Assembly (NCBI GenBank): GCA_028687275.1
Contig: JAQUAK010000002.1
Location: 70,102 to 134,101, forward strand
From: Patescibacteria group bacterium
GTDB lineage: Bacteria; Patescibacteriota; Patescibacteriia; Patescibacteriales; UBA12465
Direction: 5' to 3'
Length of the DNA: 64,000 nucleotides
Under the pieces are notes generated by a model. It was not told the origin of the DNA, did not search any database, and saw only the letters and a list, made by a program, of their open reading frames with translations. Made by a program: the position numbers and the translations under genes. This document shows positions 34,372-43,262 of this stretch, piece after piece; position 1 is the stretch's first letter, and every line of letters begins with the position of its first letter.

Positions 34372-35309
34372 AAGAAAAGAAAATAAATACCAGCGCTAAT
34401 TAATAATATGGCAAAAGCTTTTTGAGACAAAGCTCGCCAAGAAATATCTTCTTTTAATATTTTGGGGGCAAGCAAAGAAACAATTAAACCTAAAACAATT
34501 ATCCAAGCATACTGCACTCCTTGCAAGGCATTAACAAGTGCAACTGGGCCAAGATAAATTGCATAATTTTGTAAAACAAAACCAAGAGATCCTAATATTT
34601 GATTACCAATAATTAAACTCTGATTTCTTTTCCTGCTTGGTTTACGTTCAAATAATGACTTAATCTCACGTCGAGCTCTTGGTGATAATAAAATAAAAAT
34701 AACCGCCAAGGCGGCACCCAAACGAATCCACAAAAAAGCACTTAGAAAATCTTGCTCGCCATAAGCCATTTTTGAGCCCACAAAATAAAGAGCATACATA
34801 AAACCAGAGGCAAGAGCAAAAAATATACTATGGCTTGAATATTTTTGTTTTAAATTCAATGATGACAAAACTTTATCCCAAAAACCAAGTTTCAATTTAG
34901 GTAAAAAGGCAACAACCGTAACACCTAAAATTAATAGTCCCATGGCTAATAGCTGACTTGAACTAAAATTATCTCCTAAAATTAAATATGATAAGGGCAG
35001 TGAAAAAACTGGAGTAGAGCCGCCAATAATTACAACCGCCCTTGAAGCCTCACCTCGACGAAGAGAGGCATATAAAAACAAAAGAGCAGCGGCAAAAACA
35101 AATCCCAAAAAAATATTAAATAAGAAAAAATTAAATCCTGGCCAAGATAAAAACCAAGGAGCAATTATAAGTACAGAAGCCCCCATTATACAGGCAATAA
35201 AAGTATAGGCACGAGCACTACCTAAAACTTTCTCCACTAAAAACTTATCGATTAAATTAGTGATTGCTAATAAAAAATAAGCCGTTAAAGCAACTATAAA
35301 CCAACTCAT
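34368..35309 (-). CDS. EamA/DMT-family transporter
   Basis: 10 TM helices in two 5-TM halves. Confidence 0.65.
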   Translation of the reverse strand: MSWFIVALTAYFLLAITNLIDKFLVEKVLGSARAYTFIACIMGASVLIIAPWFLSWPGFNFFLFNIFLGFVFAAALLFLYASLRRGEASRAVVIIGGSTPVFSLPLSYLILGDNFSSSQLLAMGLLILGVTVVAFLPKLKLGFWDKVLSSLNLKQKYSSHSIFFALASGFMYALYFVGSKMAYGEQDFLSAFLWIRLGAALAVIFILLSPRARREIKSLFERKPSRKRNQSLIIGNQILGSLGFVLQNYAIYLGPVALVNALQGVQYAWIIVLGLIVSLLAPKILKEDISWRALSQKAFAILLISAGIYFLFL

Positions 35310-35312
35310 AAA

Positions 35313-36611
35313 TTAATTATTTTTAAATATTTCTTCATAAATATTTTGTGTGCCGTTGTGTTCGGCGTACAAATAAGCATTTAAAGAGGCTTTGGCTAAG
35401 CGCCCATCATCTATCCAATCATAAATCCATTCATCTACATACATTGGATCTAAACTATCGAGCCCTGCTCCAATTGTAAGTAGCCATTCACGATTAAATA
35501 CCTCCTGTGAACCAACTGGATCGGAAATAATAATAGGTAGACCTAAACCAGCATAGAAACTTAATTCTGATGGCTTTGTCCATAAAATATCAGTATCAAC
35601 TAAACAAAGATTAAATAAACGAAAATATTCCATTTTCTGCGGGTGATAAACTATTGTTATGTTAGGATTATTCCGTAAATTTAATTTTTCAAGAACTTGT
35701 TCAAAGTAATTATAGACATCTAAGCGACTGCCAGCCACTAAATTTAATTTTATTTTTCCATTTTCAATATCTTTTTTTAATTTTTCCGCAATCAAAGCCG
35801 CAATTTCCCTTTGAGCGCCAGCCCCGCCAACAGCAAAAGTAATAGTAGGTTTTTTGGATTGGTTAATAAAATTATGTTCTTCAACTTTTGTTGATAATAT
35901 ACCCTTGTCAATAATTTTATTTGGGTCTAACGTCCTTAAACGTTTAACCACACTATTAACTAATTCGTTATTATCGCCACTAATATTTTCCAAGGGCAAG
36001 GGAAACCCAGTAATAATAATATTACTTTCTTTAACTCCATACATCATTAATCTGTCTTTCACCCTATTGTTTGGGGCTAAATATTTTACACGGCTTGTCT
36101 CCGGACTAATTGGTGCCCAAGCACGAGAGATGTCCGCATCACAAACAATACAATAAATATCCCCCTTATACTTATAATACTCAGCCGCATAAGCAGCTAC
36201 AAAAAAAGAAGTCACAAGAGGTATTGGATTTTTATTTAGCCTTTCAATTAATTTTTTACCAACACCTCTCTTTACTTCTTTGAAAAATAATTTTTGCTGA
36301 AGACTTTGTTTTTCTAAATTTCTATTAGGATAAAATTTTTCTATCCGCTGAAAATAATCCATAGCCTTAAAAACAAAATCACCTAGAAGTGGCACTTTCT
36401 TAAAGTATGAAATTTTTTCATAAGCCCTTTTACTGTTCAGCCAATATTTTTTTTCCCAATCTTCAATTTCTAAATAATCATTGAGATTAATGGGGCCATC
36501 TAAACTATGTTCGATTAATGGGTATATAGCACGTTGATGACCATAGCCCATGTCAGCCGCCACTAAATGAATTTTATTGTAACTATCCATATAATTATAT
36601 TTCATTTTCAT
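35313..36611 (-). CDS. GT-B fold glycosyltransferase (MGDG-synthase/MurG-like), tentative
   Basis: N-terminal HLVAADMGYGHQRAIYPL and C-terminal KPSELSFYAGLGLPIII...GSQEVFN resemble GT28-type donor-binding motifs. Confidence 0.4.
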   Translation of the reverse strand: MKMKYNYMDSYNKIHLVAADMGYGHQRAIYPLIEHSLDGPINLNDYLEIEDWEKKYWLNSKRAYEKISYFKKVPLLGDFVFKAMDYFQRIEKFYPNRNLEKQSLQQKLFFKEVKRGVGKKLIERLNKNPIPLVTSFFVAAYAAEYYKYKGDIYCIVCDADISRAWAPISPETSRVKYLAPNNRVKDRLMMYGVKESNIIITGFPLPLENISGDNNELVNSVVKRLRTLDPNKIIDKGILSTKVEEHNFINQSKKPTITFAVGGAGAQREIAALIAEKLKKDIENGKIKLNLVAGSRLDVYNYFEQVLEKLNLRNNPNITIVYHPQKMEYFRLFNLCLVDTDILWTKPSELSFYAGLGLPIIISDPVGSQEVFNREWLLTIGAGLDSLDPMYVDEWIYDWIDDGRLAKASLNAYLYAEHNGTQNIYEEIFKNN

Positions 36612-36667
36612 TATACTATAAAAAAATAGCCCCTGAAAGGGCTATTTTAAATTAATCTTTATAGTGT

Positions 36668-37600
36668 CTACTTTACGGTCGCTTGAATTGTCGCCTCTGC
36701 ACCTTGAATATATTGATAAGCAGATAAAGCTGCAACCGTAGCCTGTCCCATAGCAATAGTAATCTGCTTATAATCACTAACAACCACGTCTCCAGCTGCA
36801 AATAATCCAGGAGTTTTAGTTGCTTGCTTTTCATCCGCTAAAATTTGATCTTTGCTGTCTCGTTCCACAAATTCACTAACTAAGTCTGTGCTAGCAATTC
36901 TACCAATTTCCACAAAAATACCATCGAGTGGCAGTTTAATAATTTTATCATCTACATCTGTATAAACTATTCCATCAACTTTTTCCTTACCTTCAATTGT
37001 TTCTATTTTAGCATTAGTAATTATATCAATATTTTCTCTACGCTTTACCTCTTCAACTAAAGAATCAAAAGCCTTAAATTTATCACCTCTAGCAATTAAA
37101 TAAACTTTGCTAGCTATTTTTGATAAAACTTCAGCAGCATCAAAAGCTGAGTTTCCACTACCTATAACCGCAACCTCTTTTCCTCTATACAAAGGTCCGT
37201 CACAGTTAGCGCAATAAGAGACACCCCTTCCGCTTAATTCTAATTCACCTGGGACGGCTAAGCGTCGAGGCGCTAGACCCATAGTGATTATAACTGTTTT
37301 TGCTTCAAATTGATCTTTTTCTGTAAATAAAACAAAATTTCCGTCTGCTTTTTTTTCAATCTTTTTTACTTCAGCCGTCTTAACTTCAACCCCTGAAGCA
37401 AGTGCATGGTCATTAAACCTGGTAATAAGCTCAAAGTTACTAATATTAATAAAACCGGGATAATTTTCAATTTCTCCCGCCCAAATGATTTGCCCACCAG
37501 CTTCTTTACCTAAAATCAGAGTTTTCATTTCTCGACGAGCCGCATAAATCCCAGCTGTAATTCCGGCTGGTCCTTGTCCAATAATGATTGTGTCGTACAT
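36668..37600 (-). CDS. trxB: thioredoxin-disulfide reductase
   Basis: FAD motif IIIGQGPAGITAGIYA, redox-active CANC (YCANCDG), NADPH motif VIGSGNSAFDAA. ATG 37600 (MYDTIIIG) preferred over track start 37642. Confidence 0.85.
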   Translation of the reverse strand: MYDTIIIGQGPAGITAGIYAARREMKTLILGKEAGGQIIWAGEIENYPGFINISNFELITRFNDHALASGVEVKTAEVKKIEKKADGNFVLFTEKDQFEAKTVIITMGLAPRRLAVPGELELSGRGVSYCANCDGPLYRGKEVAVIGSGNSAFDAAEVLSKIASKVYLIARGDKFKAFDSLVEEVKRRENIDIITNAKIETIEGKEKVDGIVYTDVDDKIIKLPLDGIFVEIGRIASTDLVSEFVERDSKDQILADEKQATKTPGLFAAGDVVVSDYKQITIAMGQATVAALSAYQYIQGAEATIQATVK

Positions 37601-37746
37601 AATAATTTTACTAATTAATTTATATGTGCAAATATTATACATCTTCGTATTTGAAAATGCAATTTAATTTTTATACTAAATATTAGATAAGTTATCTTGA
37701 TATTATTATATAATATTGCTAATATTAGCAAAAATTAAATAACTAA

Positions 37747-38381
37747 TGTTCTACGAAGAACATTACTATATCAAATTTATCTAAAAAAAATTTATTTTGC
37801 CTTTGATTATTTTACTATTGTTCTTCGTAGAACAATGATTTAATTTATTAAATATAATAATATATAATATTTTACTCGTAGCATGTTCTACGTAGAACAT
37901 GTATATATCTTTTAACATCAATAATTAATAAATATATATTTATTCAAAGATATAAATCTACAAATGTTCTATAAAGAACATTTAGGACAAAGCGTATGCT
38001 TATTTTTAAATAATAGTTATAAAGATATATTAATTTTAATTGTTCTACATAGAACATTTATCTTCAAATTCATAGAAGATAGTTATAATTATAGTAGGTA
38101 ATATTTGTTCTACGCAGAACATCAGCTAATTTTATAAAATCTTCTTTATAAATGTTCTACGCAGAACACAACTTACTAACTATATTATCTAAATTTTTAC
38201 ATGTTCTACGTAGAACATATTAATATAGGCTGTTATCTGTAAAATATCCTACAAAAAACAAAAAATCAGCCTAAGCTGATTAAATTGTGGACCATAAGGG
38301 ACTTGAACCCTTGACCTCTTCCATGCCATGGAAGCGCTCTAGCCAACTGAGCTAATGGCCCTTAATGTTCTACGCAGAACT
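37747..38381. repeat. array of nine parS-like 16-bp palindromes, consensus TGTTCTACGNAGAACA
   Basis: Cores start at 37747, 37819, 37884, 37965, 38041, 38106, 38153, 38202 and 38366. The copies at 37884 and 38202 are the perfect palindrome TGTTCTACGTAGAACA. The intervening sequence is AT-rich and non-coding. Confidence 0.85.
38288..38361 (-). tRNA. tRNA-Ala (anticodon GGC)
   Basis: GGGCCATTAGCTCAGTTGGCTAGAGCGCTTCCATGGCATGGAAG...TCCA. The G3-U70 wobble pair (Ala identity element) is present. Confidence 0.9.
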
Positions 38382-38444
38382 TTTACTATAATAACACATT
38401 CCATTATCCTGTCAATAACATTTTTTAATATACTTGTCAATATG

Positions 38445-38516
38445 TGCCCTCGCTAGGAATCGAACCTGGATCTAGAACTTAGGAGGTTCTTGTTTTATCC
38501 ATTAAACTACAAGGGC
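38445..38516 (-). tRNA. tRNA-Arg (anticodon CCT)
   Basis: GCCCTTGTAGTTTAATGGATAAAACAAGAACCTCCTAAGTTCTAGATCCAGGTTCGATTCCTAGCGAGGGCA. Anticodon loop CTCCTAA. Confidence 0.9.
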
Positions 38517-38700
38517 AAGGCAAGACAAAATAATAATAACTGATATTTATTATTTTTACAACTAAAAAACAGTCTTTTATATTATAATAACATTAAATAA
38601 ATTTTTGACAAAGATTAAAATTTGTTCTAAAATACTATTAGCCAAAATCATATTTAATTAAAGGCTTAAAATTAAAAATCTACTGCGAAGGAGGTGGTAG

Positions 38701-39114
38701 ATGCTTAAATTTATGTTTAATAAAGATACAAAGTTAGAAAAATTCAAAGATGCTGAAACTATTATCGGCGCTTCTATTAAAGTTAAAGGTAATTTTAATG
38801 GTCAGGGCGACATTGTGGTTGAGGGAATGCTTGAGGGATCATTAAAAACGATAGCCAATGTTTTTGTTGGAGAAAAGGCTAAAGTTAGCGCTAATATTGA
38901 AGCTTCAGAGGCTTTAATCAACGGAGAGGTTAGTGGTGGTATAAAAATTAAAAAATATTTAGCTATTGGGGAAACAGCAAGAATTAGTGGTGATATTCAA
39001 TGTGGAGAAATTTCAATTGAAAGAGGTGCCTCTATAACAGGTCAAATCATTGTTTCTTCAGAAGAATCAAAAAAAATTGATAATAAAAAAGATAAAATTG
39101 AGAATGAGGCTTAA
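38701..39114 (+). CDS. bactofilin
   Basis: Strong SD (GAAGGAGGTGG). IIGASIKVKGNFNGQGDIVVEGMLEGSL...VSANIEASEALINGEVSG beta-helix repeats of the DUF583/bactofilin type. Confidence 0.8.
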   Translation: MLKFMFNKDTKLEKFKDAETIIGASIKVKGNFNGQGDIVVEGMLEGSLKTIANVFVGEKAKVSANIEASEALINGEVSGGIKIKKYLAIGETARISGDIQCGEISIERGASITGQIIVSSEESKKIDNKKDKIENEA

Positions 39115-39126
39115 ATATTATCGTAT

Positions 39127-39876
39127 TTGCTTATGAATGCATATATTTACGATGATTTTTTAAATAAAAACCGTTATCGTCGCTCGCTTAATCGTGTAGA
39201 AATAAGATTAACAGACCTTGGTTTAAACGGAAAAATCATTAGACTAGGCGCAATCAAGAATATTAAGGAGGTTATTCAGGCGGAAATTAAAAACGGAATT
39301 AAAAATATCATCGCAGTTGGCAACAACGAAACAGTTAATAAGGTTATTAGTGCAATGATAACAAATAAAAACTACAGCCCGTTTCAAAAGGATGTATTAT
39401 TTTCTGTTATTCCAATTGGTGGAAACAATTCAATCGCTAATTCTTTCGGCATAAAGAAAGAAGAAGATGCTTGTAATATTTTACTTGCTCGCAGGGTGAA
39501 GCAAATAGACGTTGCCTACGCTGGGAATAATATTTTTTTAAACAAAGCAGAGTTAATAAGTAATGACGCAATTATTGAAATTAATAGCGATTATCACATA
39601 GAATTAGACAGTAAAACTAATGTTAAAATTATTAACGTAAATGATGACAGCAAACTGATGTTTAAAGATAAAATATACCCCAATGACGATAATTTAAATT
39701 TGATTGTAGGCGGAAGAAATGCAGACAATACCTTTATTACTAGTGACCACATTAAGATGCGCGGTACTGGTGAAATAATTCTTGATGAATCAATAGTAAT
39801 TTCTTTACCAAGTGAAATGGGCATTATCCAACAAAAAATAAATATTATAGTCGGAAAAGATAGAAGTTTCAATTAA
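39127..39876 (+). CDS. diacylglycerol-kinase-family lipid kinase (YegS/BmrU-like)
   Basis: IIAVGNNETVNKVISAM and IPIGGNNSIANSFG motifs of the DAGK catalytic domain. Confidence 0.6.
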   Translation: MLMNAYIYDDFLNKNRYRRSLNRVEIRLTDLGLNGKIIRLGAIKNIKEVIQAEIKNGIKNIIAVGNNETVNKVISAMITNKNYSPFQKDVLFSVIPIGGNNSIANSFGIKKEEDACNILLARRVKQIDVAYAGNNIFLNKAELISNDAIIEINSDYHIELDSKTNVKIINVNDDSKLMFKDKIYPNDDNLNLIVGGRNADNTFITSDHIKMRGTGEIILDESIVISLPSEMGIIQQKINIIVGKDRSFN

Positions 39877-39902
39877 AAAAACCGGATCAACCGGTTTTTT
39901 TT
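39875..39902. terminator. bidirectional hairpin
   Basis: AAAAAACCGG-ATCAA-CCGGTTTTTT. Confidence 0.65.
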
Positions 39903-39921
39903 AAATAATCTAAATAAATAA

Positions 39922-40668
39922 TTACTCAATAACTTCACCCTCAATTATGGGTGTTTTTTCTTGCTTTTTAACCACTAAGCTTTGCTGTAAAACGGTCAAA
40001 AGAGTTAGAACTAACCAGTATAAGGTTAAACCACCAGGCAGAGTGACTCCAATAAAAATAGTTATCGCCGGCATAAAATATAACATCTGTTTATTCATGA
40101 TTTCAGCCATGCCTTCTTTTTTCTCTCCAGGAATTGAAACCGCATTATTACTTTTCTTGGCCATCATCATTTTAGCCTGCCAAAACTGGGCTGCACCCGC
40201 CATAACTGCTAAATATATACTTGGTTTACTTAAATCCATTAACCCCAAAAGGCTGGTGTTAATAATTTCTGGTCTATATAAAAAGGAATAAACCAAATCT
40301 AAGTGTTTATTTAAGTCCTCTCTAAAAATTCTATAAATAGCAATAAAAACAGGAAATTGCACTAATAAAGGTAAGCAAGATGAAAAAGGGTTAACCTTAT
40401 ATTTTTTATAAAGCTCCATCAATTCTTTCCCCATCGCCTGCTGATTGCCCTTATATTTAGCTTTTAGCTCATTAATCTTTGGCTGCAGGTCTTGTAAAGC
40501 TTTCTGTGATTTAATTGATTTTCTAGATAGGGGCCAAAGAACTAGCTTTACAATCGCTGTTAATAAGATAATAGCAACACCAAAATCTTGCAAAGAAACA
40601 GTGTTATAAAGAAAAATTAATAAATTAAAAATTGGTTGATAAAATACTGTTTGAAATAGTTCTAACAT
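39922..40668 (-). CDS. yidC: membrane protein insertase YidC (short form)
   Basis: KMQALQPKINELKAKYKGN-type motif (KALQDLQPKINELKAKYKGNQQAMGKELMELYKKYKVNP) and conserved TM core. Located in the rnpA-yidD-yidC operon. Confidence 0.85.
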   Translation of the reverse strand: MLELFQTVFYQPIFNLLIFLYNTVSLQDFGVAIILLTAIVKLVLWPLSRKSIKSQKALQDLQPKINELKAKYKGNQQAMGKELMELYKKYKVNPFSSCLPLLVQFPVFIAIYRIFREDLNKHLDLVYSFLYRPEIINTSLLGLMDLSKPSIYLAVMAGAAQFWQAKMMMAKKSNNAVSIPGEKKEGMAEIMNKQMLYFMPAITIFIGVTLPGGLTLYWLVLTLLTVLQQSLVVKKQEKTPIIEGEVIE

Positions 40669-40678
40669 AAAAATATTA

Positions 40679-40936
40679 TTATTTTACAGGATCATAGCCC
40701 CCTTTATTAAACGGATTACAGCGCAATACGCGCCAAATTGTCTTAAGCGCCCCTCTAATCGGCCCATATTTTTCAATTACCTGAATACTGTATTCTGAGC
40801 AAGTTGGATGAAACCGACAAAACCCATGCGGGTACAAATAATTTAAAGGCCCATGATCAAAAGATAGGGTTTTTTGATAAATTTTAATTAAAACAATTAA
40901 AAAATTTGCAATTATTTTAGATAAATATTTTATCAT
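40679..40936 (-). CDS. yidD: membrane protein insertion efficiency factor YidD
   Basis: [45 protein letters not shown] is diagnostic. Confidence 0.9.
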   Translation of the reverse strand: MIKYLSKIIANFLIVLIKIYQKTLSFDHGPLNYLYPHGFCRFHPTCSEYSIQVIEKYGPIRGALKTIWRVLRCNPFNKGGYDPVK

Positions 40937-40945
40937 ATCCTAATG

Positions 40946-41293
40946 TTATAATTTTTTTTCGGTAATTTTTTCTAATATTTGAATAATTTCGGTTTCTATA
41001 TCAAAAAATTTTACATCCTCCTTACTATTAGGCAAGACAATTATAACACAATCGATTGAAAATGGTAATTTATTATCTATCTTAGCGACAACATTAAAAA
41101 TTTTTCTTTTTAAGGAATGTCGAGCAACAGCACTTTTTCTTATTTTTTTACCTAAAATTATACTAAAACGAGAATAGTCTAAACTATTCTTTAATACCTT
41201 AAAGCCTAAAAACCGCCCGTATATACTACGGCCGGTTTTAAAAATATTTTCAAAATCTTTATCTAGGCTTATTTTATGAGCACTAGGAATCAT
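40946..41293 (-). CDS. rnpA: ribonuclease P protein component
   Basis: Position between rpmH and yidD. Basic protein with an RFSIILGKKIRKSAVARHSLKRK (RNR-like) motif. ATG 41293 avoids overlap with rpmH. Confidence 0.75.
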   Translation of the reverse strand: MIPSAHKISLDKDFENIFKTGRSIYGRFLGFKVLKNSLDYSRFSIILGKKIRKSAVARHSLKRKIFNVVAKIDNKLPFSIDCVIIVLPNSKEDVKFFDIETEIIQILEKITEKKL

Positions 41294-41303
41294 GAGTATA
41301 TAT

Positions 41304-41441
41304 CTATTTAGATAAAACTTCGCGTCCTTTATCACGACGACGCTTTAAAACATCACGACCGTCTTTAGTGCTCATACGTTTTAAAAATCCATGTTTTTTT
41401 TGAGCACGACGCTTATTTGGTTGATAAGTTCTCTTAGGCAT
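41304..41441 (-). CDS. rpmH: 50S ribosomal protein L34 (not on ORF track, 45 aa)
   Basis: Hand translation gives [45 protein letters not shown], canonical L34. Confidence 0.9.
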   Translation of the reverse strand: MPKRTYQPNKRRAQKKHGFLKRMSTKDGRDVLKRRRDKGREVLSK

Positions 41442-41606
41442 ATTCTTAATTTATTCTAAATAATATAACCAAGATAACACTAATTTTTTAAAAGGTCAAT
41501 ATAATCATCAAATAACTTATACACTTATTATAAACACCTTATAAACACAATATTAGCTTGTGCCCCCCTGTGTTATAACTTATAATATAAGCACACAAAT
41601 AAATTT

Positions 41607-43001
41607 ATGAATAATGATCAAATCTGGCAAGCAACCTTAGGTGAGTTGGAAATTAATTTATCAAGAGTTAATTTTGTGACCTGGTTTAAGGATACTTTTT
41701 TAGCCTCTCTTGAAAATGGAAGTGCTATTATTTGTGTGCCAAACGCTTTTGTAAAAAAATGGTTGGAAGAAAAATATCATAAAAATATTGTTAGCTCTCT
41801 AGAAAACATAGCCAAACAAAAACTAAATCAAATTATTTATAAAATAGAATTACGACATCTTCCGGGACAAATTGTAGTTGGCGCAAAAATAGAGGGAAAT
41901 AGAATGGCTACCAATAATGAAAGCGCACCGATATCACAACCCTCAGAAATAAAAAATAATAATGTTAATAAGTTTGGTTTAAACCCTAAGTATGTTTTTG
42001 AAAATTTTATTGTTGGTAAGGGTAATGAGTTAGCGAATGCTGCCTGTCAGGCAGTAGTAAATAATTTAGGAAAAGCTTATAATCCTTTATTTATTTATGG
42101 CGGTGTTGGCTTGGGTAAAACTCACTTACTACAAGCTATTGGTAATGAGGTAGCAAAACACACTGATAAGTTGTTATACACAACTAGTGAAAAATTTACA
42201 AACAACTATATTCAGGCCGTTCAAACTGGTAAGGGAAAAGATTTTAAAAACATGTACCGTAACGTGGACCTACTTTTAATTGATGATGTCCAATTTATGG
42301 GTGGTAAAGACGGAACTCAAGAAGAATTTTTTCATACTTTTAATGAACTGCAACAAAGTGATAAACAAATTGTAATGACATCTGATCGCCCGCCAAAATC
42401 AATCCCAGCTATTGAAAAAAGATTAATCTCTCGCTTTGAGTCTGGTATGGTTGCTGACGTTGGTAAGCCAGATGTTGAAACAAAAATTGCCATCTTAGAA
42501 AAAAAATCTCTAGAAAAAAGCTTTCCTTTGGATAAGGATGTTTTGGTGTTTATTGCAAATAATGTACAAAATAATATTCGTGAGCTTGAGGGAGCTTTAA
42601 ATAAAGTAATCGTTATTCATCAATTAAACAACTCTATACCTACCTTAAAAAGTGTTAAAACAGCATTAAGTGATTATGTATCAAGCTTACAAGCTAAATC
42701 TTTAACCCCAAAAGAAATTATTGAAGCAGTTTCAAGTTTTTATGAAATAAATATTAAAGATATTACCGGTAGTAGTAGGAAAAAAGAATTAGTGGGACCA
42801 AGACAGGCTGCTATATACTTAATTAGAGAAGAATTAAATACATCATACCCTAGTATTGGCCAAGAGATGGGCGGACGTGATCACACAACAGCTATGCATG
42901 CTTATAATAAAATATTAAAAGAGGTTACTGAAGGTGAAAATGAAAAATTAAAGCAAGATTTAGAATCAATTAAACAAATTTTTAGCTCCTCTCCATATTA
43001 A
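41607..43001 (+). CDS. dnaA: chromosomal replication initiator DnaA
   Basis: Walker A GGVGLGKTHLLQAIG, LLIDDVQF, sensor IRELEGAL. C-terminal DNA-binding domain SIGQEMGGRDHTTAMHAYNKI. Confidence 0.95.
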   Translation: MNNDQIWQATLGELEINLSRVNFVTWFKDTFLASLENGSAIICVPNAFVKKWLEEKYHKNIVSSLENIAKQKLNQIIYKIELRHLPGQIVVGAKIEGNRMATNNESAPISQPSEIKNNNVNKFGLNPKYVFENFIVGKGNELANAACQAVVNNLGKAYNPLFIYGGVGLGKTHLLQAIGNEVAKHTDKLLYTTSEKFTNNYIQAVQTGKGKDFKNMYRNVDLLLIDDVQFMGGKDGTQEEFFHTFNELQQSDKQIVMTSDRPPKSIPAIEKRLISRFESGMVADVGKPDVETKIAILEKKSLEKSFPLDKDVLVFIANNVQNNIRELEGALNKVIVIHQLNNSIPTLKSVKTALSDYVSSLQAKSLTPKEIIEAVSSFYEINIKDITGSSRKKELVGPRQAAIYLIREELNTSYPSIGQEMGGRDHTTAMHAYNKILKEVTEGENEKLKQDLESIKQIFSSSPY

Positions 43002-43262
43002 TAATGGGCATTAGTTGTGTATAAGGCTTCGTTTTTCTGTGGATTAACTTGTTACTAAAAAATATTAAACAGTTTATAAGCATCTAGTTATTAATACTCA
43101 AAAAAGTAATCCACTTTTACAACAAGTACAAGTCACTAATAAAAAACACCCTCATCCACAAAAGAATTAAGCTAATAATAAAATAAAAATAACTCATTTC
43201 AAATTTTTCCACACCCCTTATTACTACTATTATTAAAATATATATAAATTAATATATAATAT
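43002..43262. other. probable oriC (DnaA-box cluster plus AT-rich unwinding tract)
   Basis: 9-mers within 1 mismatch of TTATCCACA: 43016-43024 (TTATACACA, minus), 43038-43046 (TAATCCACA, minus), 43152-43160 (TCATCCACA), 43205-43213 (TTTTCCACA). One with 2 mismatches at 43107-43115. An almost pure A/T tract at 43220-43262. Confidence 0.6.

Noticed and set aside
37747-38381. Palindromic repeat array considered as a CRISPR array
   Set aside because: The repeats are only 16-20 bp and fully palindromic. Spacing is irregular (47-81 bp, one gap holding a tRNA). The spacers are low-complexity AT-rich DNA, and no cas genes or leader are nearby.
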